Shown one piece after another: positions 52,883 to 64,000 of a stretch of 64,000 nucleotides of DNA (the first letter of the stretch is position 1; every line of letters begins with the position of its first letter). The position numbers and the translations under genes are program-made. Where the stretch lies: positions 72,108,001 through 72,172,000 of the forward strand of contig OZ076409.1 of the NCBI GenBank assembly GCA_964187785.1. The letters run 5' to 3'. A model generated the notes under the pieces. It ran no database searches and had not been told where the DNA came from. It saw nothing but the letters and a program-made list of their open reading frames with translations. The DNA is from Amphiscolops sp. MND2022 (lineage: Eukaryota).

Positions 52883-54874
52883 GTGGGCGGGGGTAATTCC
52901 CCAACAAAAAAATCGGCCGGCGGGTCGGGTCCTGCCGGCCGTCCAAAATCAAAATCCTCCTAGTAGAAAACGGCATGTCAAACGAGCTATTTTTTTATTT
53001 AACCATACGAATTTCACCATTTTTTGCATGCGGCCCTGAAATGGCCATACGAGACGAAGTTCCTGCTGACGTTTTGCGATGTAAATGTTTTATATAAAGT
53101 TATGGCCGATTTGTCATTCACCTAGAAGGGTAAAATGAGGAAAATTTTAACAAAGTCGCTGATAACTCAAAATGTGTTAAATTTTGGACTTTGACTGTGA
53201 AACAAGCTTGGAACCTTCATTTCGTGGCTGTGGCATTGCATTGAACACAAAAGATGTAAGGTTTTTACATTTTTTGAAAATTCGACATTTTTGAAAATTT
53301 TTTCACTACTATCAGTACCCCATATGTCAAAAACACCTCAGAAGAAAATTTTTATTTGCTTTAAATTGAAAACCTTGGTAGCCATGGTTTCTGTCGGAAC
53401 ATACTCGCTGCCAAACACCCAACAGTTTGCATCCAGTGTGAATTTAAAAATTTTTTCGAGGTCTTAGGTGTTTCACAAGGATTTCTCAACTTAGTATCAA
53501 ATTACAAATTGGTCATTTTAAACACATTATTTTCATCGAAGCGTGTCAGATACCGCCCTAATGCTCACGAACGGGCCTACTGGCAACGTTGGAACAATTT
53601 ATCGTAATAGAAAGTTTTAAAAAAAATTTTTCGCCCGGTCTTCAGTCATTTTTCACACATTCGGAACTTAACTTAGAAAAATTTCAACCGAAAAACCCAT
53701 TTTTTGTCAGGTCGAAAATTCAAAGTCAGCTTTTTAAGCAAAATTATCAACTCTGACGTAACCAGTGGGGCCCATGATACTCAAAACAACGATTGGGGTT
53801 GGTACCAATGGCTCCAATAACATATGAGTCGCGATAAGACGTTATTTTGAGCAATATGTCTCAATTGAGTTAAAGATCTCGCCAACCAGTGATCACTGTG
53901 AAATGTAAATTCAATAAAAATTTACTCATTTTCGTCAATCACCATGTGCACAGAGTGCGTAGGGTGAGTTCCAGCACTATAATGAGGTTTTTGAAGGCAT
54001 CGGGTTGCTCAAGGGGTGGTATGAGACATTTTTTTCCTATATACTACTGTATTTTCCAAAAGTTTTAGCCCATTATCTGGAAAAACTAACTTGACAAAAT
54101 ACTTTCAACAACTTTTTTCAAAGGTTACAATGTAGATGAACCCAGTGGTTGATCAAAAATTTTCATCTCTTTCGGTTTCCGAAATAATTCCCTTCGAATG
54201 TGTTACATTTGTAGCAGGAAAAAAACCGAAACTAAAAAATACGCGATTTTGCTGAGATAGAATCGCAATGGTTGCCCCTAAAATCTCTTTAAATACTTCT
54301 AACGCGACCTTATGGACCCAAAAAGATTGAAAATGCCATTCACAATGCTGACATGTGCTCTTTCGACGATCCTGGCTAGACAAGTTTTGCATATTTTTCA
54401 AGTACCTGTTAACTGAATTTTGTGATAGCCTTTTAAGTTGGCCTTGTGTCAACTTGGGAAGGCTATCACATCAAAAAACTTTCATCAAAAATACTTTTTG
54501 TTTATACAATAATGTAGTCGATAGTTATTTTCGTGATTTTACACTACCGTTAGTACCTTCCGCCAGGTCAGCTGACGATTGCATGCTGTCTTTGATAAAA
54601 ACGTATGAACACCAAGAAAATTTTGTTGTATTTTTGTTGAAGAAAAGTATTAATAAATAATAAAAATATAATTCTAACCTTAAACAACTATAAATTTGCT
54701 TAACCGTTATTAGTCCTACCACCTATCATCAGCCTATGCCATGGCCCGGTGATTAGTAGTACAACGCCACATAAAGTAGCGACGCCCACAGTCTGTGGGC
54801 ATGCCGAGGCATGCCCTTCGACGACGTATGGCAATTTTAGCGTAGCCCGCGGTCACTACCGCGGTAGCAGCTAG
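52883..54874 (+). mobile_element. Diverged S-class module (1992 bp)
   Basis: Collinear with S but diverged. Has its own tail hairpin, CCGCGGT-CACT-ACCGCGG (54847-54864), then TAGCAGCTAG. Confidence 0.65.
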
Positions 54875-57800
54875 GTGGGGGGGATATATCTCCACTTTTT
54901 TTGCGACCGCGGGTAGGGTCCTGTCGGGAGCTTCTATTTACCAAGCTTACGGCGCTATATACTAGAGAAAATTTTTCCGGCACCGAACTTTTTTTTGAAC
55001 CATAGGATTTGTACCATTTTTTGCATGCGGCCCTAATTTGGGCATACAAGACGAAGTTCCTGCTGACGTTAAGCGATGGTTTCATTGTGTAACGAGATAT
55101 AGCCACTTTTTGGTGCGAATTTTGAGGTATTTTTGAGAAAAATTTTACAAACAGCTCGAATGCAAAAAATTGAAAAACTTGTGACAATCGACCTATCACT
55201 GGTTTAAACCTTCGATTCTTTGCCCTAGCAATGCACTAGACCCAAAAGATCTAAAACTTTTACATTTTCCAAAAATTTGACCAAATTGACTCGGGTTTCA
55301 CTACTATATGTAACCAATGTGACAAAAACACCTCAGAAAAAAATTTTTATTTGCTTAAATTTAGAAACCTTGGTATCCATGGTTTCTGTCGAAACCTACT
55401 CGCAGCCAAACACTCAACAGTTTGCATCCAATGTGAATTTAAATTTTTTTTCGAGGTCATAGGTGTTTCACAAGGATTTCACAACTTAGTTTCATATTAC
55501 AAATTGGTCATTTTCAACATCATATTTCCATCGAGGCATGTCGGATAGAGTCTTATTGCTTACGAACGGTCCTACTGGCAACGTGTTAACCATTTATAGA
55601 AATACAAAGTTATAAAAAAATTTTTTCACCCGTTCTTCCATCATTTTTCAGACATTCGGAACTTATCTTAGAAAAATTTCGTCTCAAAAACCCATTTTTT
55701 GTCAGGTCGAAAACTCAAATTCAGCTTTTTAAGCACAATTATTAACTCTGACGTAACCAGTGGGGCCCATGATACTCAAAACAACGATTGGGGTTGGTAC
55801 CATTGGCTTAAATAACATATGAGTCGCGATAAGACGTTATTTTTAGCCATACGTCTCAATTGAGGTAAACATCTCGCAAGCCAGGGATCTCTGTGAAATG
55901 TGATTTCATCAAAAAGTTACCCATTTTCGCCAATTACTATGTGCACAGAGTGCGTAGGGTGAGTTTCAGCACTATAATGAGGTTTTTGAAGGATTCGGGT
56001 TGCTCAAAGTGTGGTATGAGACATTTTTTTCCCATATACTACTGTATTTTCCAAAAATTTTAGCCCATTATCTGGAAAAACTAACTTGACAAAATACTTT
56101 CAGTTACTCTATTCGAAGCTTAGAATATAGATGAACACTGTGGCTGATCAGAAACTATTAACTATTTTGTTTTTAGAAAAAAACTGCCTTGCATGTGTTA
56201 CATTAGTGGCAGGAAAAATACCAGTAGCTCCAAAAATCAAAAATTTGGACGGACAGACTTCCAATGATGCAAAACAAAAACGTTTCAACAACTTCTGACG
56301 CCACTTTTTTTACCCAAGAGGTTCGAAAACACCATTAACAATGCTGACATTCGCAATAAATAAGATCGAGGTCTATTTACTAACACTTAGGTTTTAAATT
56401 TTTTTCTCGGAAACCCATTATTGTCAGGTCGCAAATTCAAATTTGGTTTTGGAAGCAATACTTTTCACTCTGAAGCAAACCGTTGGGCCCAAAATACTCA
56501 ACAACAACAAAAAGACTATCACCATATGCTCTAATAACATATGAGATGCGACTGTATGTTTTTAACACAATAACTCTCATTCTGAAGTAAACATGTTGAA
56601 AGCCTTGAATCACCGTGAGAAGTGATTTCATCAAAAAATATTTCTTTTTCGTCAATCACTAAATACACAGAACCCGTTGTGTTAGTTTCAGTCGTGAAAT
56701 GAGGTTCTACCGTAATATCGGTTGCTCAAGGTGTTGTATAAGGCAAAAACTTCCTCTTTTCTACTAACTTCTTCAAATATTTCAACCCTTTGTCACACGA
56801 AGTTAATATTCAAAATCTCTTTGAATTGTTTCTTAAGGTTGTGGTGAATTGTTAGAACAATTACTATGATCGAAGAATGCTAGTATTGGTGTTTGGACCA
56901 TGTCCGGATGAACAAATCGCAAAATCAAGAAAAAATTGTTACCTTTTTTGGTTATTTTGGCAGTACTAAAAATGTTAGCTGATAAATAATTTTTTCGAAG
57001 GCACCATTGGATTCCGCTCAAAAAGTTGATTATAAGACATGTGTAATAACCCCGTATCTTTTCGATTTAAATAAATTTAAAAAGCAAACTTTTTTGACGA
57101 AAATCCTAAAAAATCATACCATTTCCTAAAAAATTTCAAATGCACTCCATTTGACGTATAAGAATAGCACAGAAAACTATCATATACCGATCAACTCTAC
57201 TCCCATTGTAGACTATTAGAATTTTGATTTGATTGAATTTTGAAGAATATTAAAAAATTTTGAACCCTCCAAAAATGGACCAAAATTACACGAAAAAATT
57301 GACCTTAAAATTTTAAAATGTCAAAAAATCATCAAAACCACAGCTTCTTGGGGTTCTATCAACTCCACGTGGTCCACAGAGTACGCTAAAACAGGTTTTA
57401 CCCGTTTTTGAGCAATATGTGAAAAAGCCGACATTTTTGGGAAAGAAAAACATACCATTTCCTAAAATATTTCAAATGCACGCCATTTGCCGTATGAGAA
57501 TAGCACAGAAAACTATCACATACCGATCAACTCTACTTTCATTGTAGATGATTAGAAGTTAGTTTAAATGAAAATTAGACGGATAATAAAAAAATATAAA
57601 TCCTCCAAAAGTGGGCAAAAATTACACGAAAAAATTGTCCTTAAAATATTAAAATGTCGAAAAATCATCAAAACCACAGCTTCTTGGGGTTCTATCAACT
57701 CCACATGGTCCACAGAGTACGCTAAAACAGGTTTTACCCGTTTTTGAGCAATATGTGGAAAAGCCGACATTTTTGGGAAAGAAAAACATAACATTTCCAA

Positions 57801-59645
57801 AAAAAATTCACATGCACGCCATTTGGCGTATAAGAATAGCACAGAAAACTATCATATACCTATCAACTCTACTCCTATTGTAGATTATCAGAACTTTATT
57901 TTGAATGAATTTTGATGGATAATAAAAAACATTTGAACCCTCCGAAAATGGGCTAAAATTACACGAAAAAATTGACCCTAAAATTTTAAAATGTCTAAAA
58001 ATCATCAAAACCACAGCTTCTTGAGGTTCTATCAACTCCACATGGCCCACAGAGTATGCCAAACCAGGTTTTGCGCGTTTTTGAGCAAAATTTAGGAAAG
58101 CCGATTTTTTTGAGGAAGAAAAACATATCATTTCCTAAAAAACTTCAAATGCACGCCATTTGGCGTATAACAATAGCACAGAAAACTATCACATACCAAT
58201 CAACTCTACTCTTTTTGTAGATTACCAGAAGTTTGCTTAGAATAACTTTTGATGAATATTTATAAATTTTAAACCCTCCAAATATGGGCCAAAATCACAC
58301 GGAAAAATTGACCCTAAGTATTAAAATGTCAGATATTCATCAAAACCCCAGCTTCTTGGGGTTCTATCATTTCCATATGACTTTCAGAGTATACCAAACA
58401 AGTTATTAACATTGGGCGATAATTAAAAAGACCAATTTTATCCCGAAGAAAACCATAATATGTTCAATATAAGAAGTGAATCATTCCACATATATACCCT
58501 GTCTAATATTCTAAATTAGCAAAAAAATATATACTTGATGTTTTTTGAATGTGAGCTTCATAAAAGGTTGAGACGTGATAATACGTAAATGGATTCCAAG
58601 TTTCATCGAGAAGTCAATGGAATACGTCCAATCAACTTCAATCTTAACAATTCGATAACAAAAAACACTTAAGTACATTCCATCTCCCTATCGGGGAGAT
58701 GAGAATGTACTTTTCAAAAACTAAAAACTTAGATCTTTCTATCTTTTGTAACACTTACTGTAACAGCTGAAATGATGAAAGAATAATTATTCTTCTAATA
58801 ACTTCAAGATTTTTTGCTTCACCTTTTATTTCTGCAGAACAAAACCATAAGACATACATATTTTTCGCATTTAAGTTCGACTGTATTACCCAGTGAACAA
58901 AGGTATGACAGGAAGATTACAAGTTGTCTCAAAACTTTCCCGCCTTCCAAAATCATGAAACGTCTACACAACCAAGATAGTAAAGGAATGAATGTGGAAT
59001 GCATCATTTTAGTTAAAATAAATAACGTGTAGAACTTACCTTTATCTGAAGATGACGTTGATTTATGATCTTTAGAGGATAGTTCAATTTTTGACCATAA
59101 TAGTGCGAAACTAAATATTATATGAATAATGGCGTGGAAAGCGTTCAGAAATTGCAGTATTTTCGATTCGAGCATGTATGCGTGGGTTCCTTTGGTGGCA
59201 TTAGCTTAGTGTACATGATGGAAGTTTTCGATCTATTATGATAAAATTTACTCACAAGTCTTTGTTTTTCCTATTTTTTTATGCCATTAAGTACATTCAT
59301 TCTATCCCCTTCTCTGGGAATGTACGTTTGCCAAATGACTGTCATCCAAATTTTGCATTAGCGAAGAGTTTAAATACATAAACACGTCTTTAGCGTTTCC
59401 AAATCACAACCGATTAACATTTTTTAAATTTTTTTTTATGAAAATTGATAATTTGTTTTGATTTTGGTATCTTCTACTTTTATCATCCATCATAACAAGC
59501 ACCTTACCATGTCTCTCGCTTGTCTTCATTTTACAACGCCACATAGCGTTCCGACTCCCACCGTCTGTGGGCATGCCGAGGCATGCCCTTCGACGACGTA
59601 TGCCAACTACTTTTTATATCTACACCCGATTGCGGTAGCGGCTAG
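54875..59645 (+). mobile_element. Diverged L-class module (4771 bp) with distinct 5' end
   Basis: Starts GTGGGGGGATATATCTCCAC, and the first ~450 bp are strongly diverged. L layout thereafter, ending in box + own tail + CTAG. Confidence 0.65.
57115..58458 (+). repeat. ~335-bp tandem repeat, ~4 copies (diverged)
   Basis: Same monomer motifs with different variants. Confidence 0.9.
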
Positions 59646-62600
59646 GTGGGCGGGGGTAATTCCCCAACTAAAAAATCGGCCGGCGGGTTGGGTCCTGCCG
59701 GCCGTCCAAAATCAAAAATATACTAGTAGAAAACGGCCGGTCAAACGAGCTATTTTTTTATTTAACCGTTAGAATTTGGGTTTAGATTGCATGCGGCCAT
59801 GAAATGGCCATACGAATCGAAGTTCCTGCTGACGTTTTGCGATTGAAACACTTTATAAAAAGTTATGGCCAATTTGTCAGTCACCTAGAAGGGCAAAATG
59901 AGGAAAATTTTAACAAAGTCGCTAATAACTCAAAATGTGTTATTTTTTGGACTTTGACTGTGAAACAAGCTTGGAACCTTCATTTCGTGGCTGTGGCATT
60001 GCACTGAACGCAAAAGATGTAAAGTTTTTACATTTTTTGAAAATTTGACATTTTTGAAATTTTTTTCACTACTATCAGTACCATATATGTCAAAAACACC
60101 TCAGAAAAAAAATTTTATTTGCTTTAACTTGGAAACCTTGGTATCCATGGTTTCTGTCGGAACCTACTCGCAACCAAACAACCAACAGTTTGCATCCAAT
60201 GTGAAAATAAAAAATTTTTCTGGGTCATAAGCGTTTCACAAGGATTTCTCAACTTAGTATTAATTTACAAAATGGTCATTTTGAACACAATATTTTCATC
60301 GAGGCTTGTCGGCTATAGCCTTAATGTTCTAGAACGGTCCCACTGGCAACGTAGGAACCATTTATAGTAATAGAAAGTTTAAAAAATATATTTTCACCCT
60401 GTCTTCAGTCATTTTTCAGTCATTCGGAACTTAACTTAGAAAAATTTCGACCAAAATACCCATTTTTTGACAGATCGAAAATTCAAATTCAACTTTTTAA
60501 GCAAAATTAGTAACTCTGACGTAACCAGTGGGGCTCATGATACTCAAAAACACGATTGGGACTGGTACCAATGGCTCCAATATCATATGAGCCGCGATAA
60601 GACGTTATTTTGAGCAATACGTCTCAATTGAGGGAAACATCTCGCAAGCCTGGGATCACAGTTAAAAGTGATTTCGTCAAAAATTTACTCTTTTTCGTCA
60701 ATCACTATGTACACAGAGTGCGTAGGGTGAGTTTCAGCACTATAATGCGGTTTTTGAAGGAATCGGTCTGCTCAAGGGGTGGTATGAGACATTTTTTTTG
60801 CATGTAGTACTATATTTCTCAAAACTTTTAGCCCAATATCTCGAAAAGCTCACTTCGCAAATTACTTTCAGTTACTCTATTCGAAGCTTAGAATATATAT
60901 GAACACTGTGGTTGATCAGAAACTCTTGACTATTTTGTTTTTGGAAAAAAACTGCCTTGCATGTGTTACATTAGTGGCAGGAAAAATACCAGTAGCTCCA
61001 AAAATCACAATTTTGGACGGACAGACCTGCAATGATGCAAAGCAAAAACGTTTCAACAACTTCTGGCGCCACTTTTTTTACCCAAGAGGTTCGAAATTAC
61101 TGTTAACAATGCTGACATTCGCTATAAATAAGATCGAGGTCAATTTACTAACACTTAGGTTATACATTTATATCTGAGAAACCATTCTTTGTCAGGTCGC
61201 AATTTTAAATTTAGTTTGGGAAGCAATACTTTTCACTCTGAAGCAAACCGTTGGGCCCAAATTACTCAAAAACTACAAAAAGACTGTCACCATATGCCCT
61301 AATAGCATATGAGATTCGACCGTATGTTTTTAACACAAAAACTCTCATCCGAAGTAAACATGTTGAAAGCCTTGAATCACCGTGAGAAATGATTTCATCA
61401 AAAAATATTCCTTTTTCGTCAATCTTTATCTACACAGAACACGTTGTGTCATTTTCAGCCGTGAAATGAGCTTCTACCGTAATATGGGTTGCTCAAGGTG
61501 TTGTATAAGACAAAAACTTCCTCTTTTCTACTATCTTCTTCAAATATTTCAACCCTTTGTCACAAGAAGTTAATATTCAAAATCTCTTTGAAATGTTTCT
61601 TTAGGTTGGGGTGAAGTGTTAGAACAATAATTATGATCGAAGAATGATAGTATTGGTGTTTGGACCATGTCCGGATGAACAAATTGCAAAATCATGAAAA
61701 ATTTCTTACCATTTTTGGTCAGTTTGTCAGTACTAAAAATGTTAGCTGAAAAAGAATTTTTTTGATGGCACCATTGGATTCCTCTCAAAAAGTTAGCTAT
61801 ATGAACTGTGTAATAACCCCGTATCTTTTCAATTTAAATAATTTTAAAAAGCAAACTTTTTTGACTAAAATCCTAAAAATCATACCATTTCCTAAAAAAT
61901 TTCAAATGCCCCCCATTTGACGTATAAGAATAGCACAGAAAACTATCACATACCGATCGACTCTACTTCCATTGTAGATTACCAGAATTTTGTTTAGAAC
62001 AATTTTTGACGGATGCAAAAAAAATTTAAACCCTCCAAAAAAGGGCAAAAATTACACGAAAAAATTGACCTTAAAATTTTAAAATGTCGAAAAATCATCA
62101 AAACCACAGCTTCTTGGGGTTCTATCAACTCCACGTGGTCCACAGAGTTTGTTAAAACAAGTTTTACCCGTATTTGAGCAATATGTGAAAAAGCCGACTT
62201 TTTTGGGAATGAAAAACATACCATTTCCTAAAAAATTTCAAACGCACCCCATTTGACGTATAAGAATAGCACAGAAAACTATCACATACCGATCGACTCT
62301 ACTTCCATTGTAGGTTACCAGAATCTTGTTTAGAACAATTGTTGACGGATGCAAAAAAAAAATTAAACCCTCCAAAAATGGGCCAAAATTACACGAAAAA
62401 ATTGACCTTAAATTTTTAAAATGTCAAAAAATCATCAAAACCACAGCTTCTTGGGGTTCTATCAACTCCACGTGGTCCACAGAGTATGCTAAAACAGGTT
62501 TTACATGTTTCTGAGCTATATGTGAAAAAACCGACATTTTGGGGAAGAAAAACATACCATTTCTTAAAAAATTTCAAATGCACGCCATTTGCCGTATGAG

Positions 62601-64000
62601 AATAGCACAGAAAACTATCACATACCGATCAACTCTACTTCTATTGTAGATTATCAGATTTTTGTTTAGAACAAATTTTTATGGATATAAAAAATTTTTA
62701 AACCCTCCAAAAATGAGCCAAAATAACACGAAAAAATGGACCCTAAGTTTTTAAAATGTCAAAAAATTATCCAAACCACAGCTTCTTGGGGTTCTATCAG
62801 CTCCACGTGGTCCACAGAGTATGCTAAAACAGGTTTTGCCCGTTTTTGAGCAGTATATGAAAAAGCCGACATTTTTGGGGAAGAAAAACATACCATTTCC
62901 TAAATAATTTCAAATGCAGGCAATTTGCCGTATGAGAGTAGCACAGAAAACTATCACACACCGATCAACTCTACTTCTTTTGTAGATTATCAGAATTATG
63001 TTTAGAGTAAAGTTTTATGGATATGAAAAATTTTTATACCCTCCAAAAATGGGCCAAAATGACACGAAAAAATTGACCTCAAATTTTTAAAATGTCAAAA
63101 AATTATCCAAACCACAGCGTCTTGGCGTTCTATCAACTCCAAATGACCTTCAGAGTATACCAAACCACGTATTGCCAATCTTTTGAGCAATATTTAAAAA
63201 CACCGACTATTTGGCAAGAACACCATAATATGTTCCATATAAGAAGTGAATCATTCCACATATATACCCGGTCTAATATTTCCAAATTAGCGATAACATT
63301 TATACATGATGGTTTTTGAAAGTGAGCTTCATAAGAGGTTGAGATGTAATAATACGTAAATGGACCCTAAGTTTCATTGAAATCTCAATGGAATACGTCC
63401 AATCAACTTCAATCCTAACTATTATATAACAAAAAACACTTGAGTACATTCCATCTCCCCATCGGGGGAGATGAGAATGTACTTTTCAAAAGCCAAAAAC
63501 TTCGAATTTTAAATCTTTTGTAACATTGTATGTAACTGTTGAAACGATGAACGAATGAAAATGCTTCTAGTACCTTCATCAATTTTTGCTTCAGCTCCTA
63601 TTTCTGCAGAACAAAACCAAAAGACACACTTACAGCAGTTAAGTTCGATTGTATAACTCAGTGAGTAAAGGTATGACTGAGGAAGTTCACAAGTTGTTTC
63701 AAAAGTTTCCGGCCTTCCAAAATCATGAAACGTCCACACAACCAAGATAGCAAGTGAAAGAATGCTGAATGCACCTTATTAGATGAGATAAATAATGTGT
63801 GGAACTTGCCATTATCTCAAGATGACGTTGATTTATGATCTTTTAAGGATAGTTCGATATGTGACCACAATAGTGGAAAACTTATTACTATTTGAAGAAC
63901 ACCGTGGAAAGCGTTCAGAAAGGACAGTATATTTGTTTCGAGCATGCATGCGTGTGTTCCTTTGGTGACGTTAGCTTAGTGTACATGACGGAGGTATTCG
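59646..64000 (+). mobile_element. L-class module, 3'-truncated by window edge
   Basis: Near-identical to 13553 onward (shared variants such as the split 65 aa + 92 aa ORF pair). Confidence 0.6.
61881..63227 (+). repeat. ~335-bp tandem repeat, ~4 copies
   Basis: Same block as 6265-7608. Confidence 0.9.

Larger units (their letters stand above)
1..64000 (+). repeat. Heterogeneous head-to-tail array of 22 modules (order L S L L L S L S S X S S S S L S Y S Z S L L) joined at CT(A/G)G|GTGG
   Basis: The junction CTRG ends at 2048, 4030, 8791, 13552, 18312, 20304, 25065, 27053, 29038, 32110, 34095, 36079, 38065, 40048, 44810, 46799, 49590, 51578, 52882, 54874 and 59645. Each is preceded by the same palindromic box about 50-60 bp upstream. 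Recurrent near-identical short ORFs in the ORF track confirm the repetition. Confidence 0.95.

Noticed and set aside
1..64000. Array as a pure assembly artefact
   Set aside because: Copies carry distinct substitutions, diverged subfamilies and compensatory changes that an assembler would not create. The exact order still needs read validation.

Overview
This window is AT-rich, apparently non-coding DNA. It is probably from a eukaryote, but the host cannot be identified from the sequence. The entire 64 kb is one head-to-tail array of 22 modules (20 complete, 2 cut by the window edges) with no spacer DNA between them. There are five module classes: long L (~4.76 kb, 8 copies), short S (~1.98-1.99 kb, 11 copies) and three singletons X (3072 bp), Y (2791 bp) and Z (1304 bp), in irregular order. 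All 21 junctions read CT(A/G)G|GTGG. Each module ends with ~20-bp-spaced ACGCC(C)AC-like repeats, a conserved 20-bp palindrome (RGGCATGCC-GA-GGCATGCCY), TTCGACGACG, a family-specific tail that usually holds a GC-rich hairpin, and CTRG. Each starts with GTGG and a hairpin carrying GGG-K-N-GGG-N-CC. The hairpin-plus-CTRR end resembles Helitron/rolling-circle termini, but the canonical 5'-TC and A|T target are absent. My best interpretation (inference) is an array of non-autonomous mobile cassettes that insert precisely at each other's ends. No transposase, recombinase or other credible protein-coding gene is visible. Coordinates were counted by hand; junctions should be exact to a base or two, and internal boundaries are approximate.
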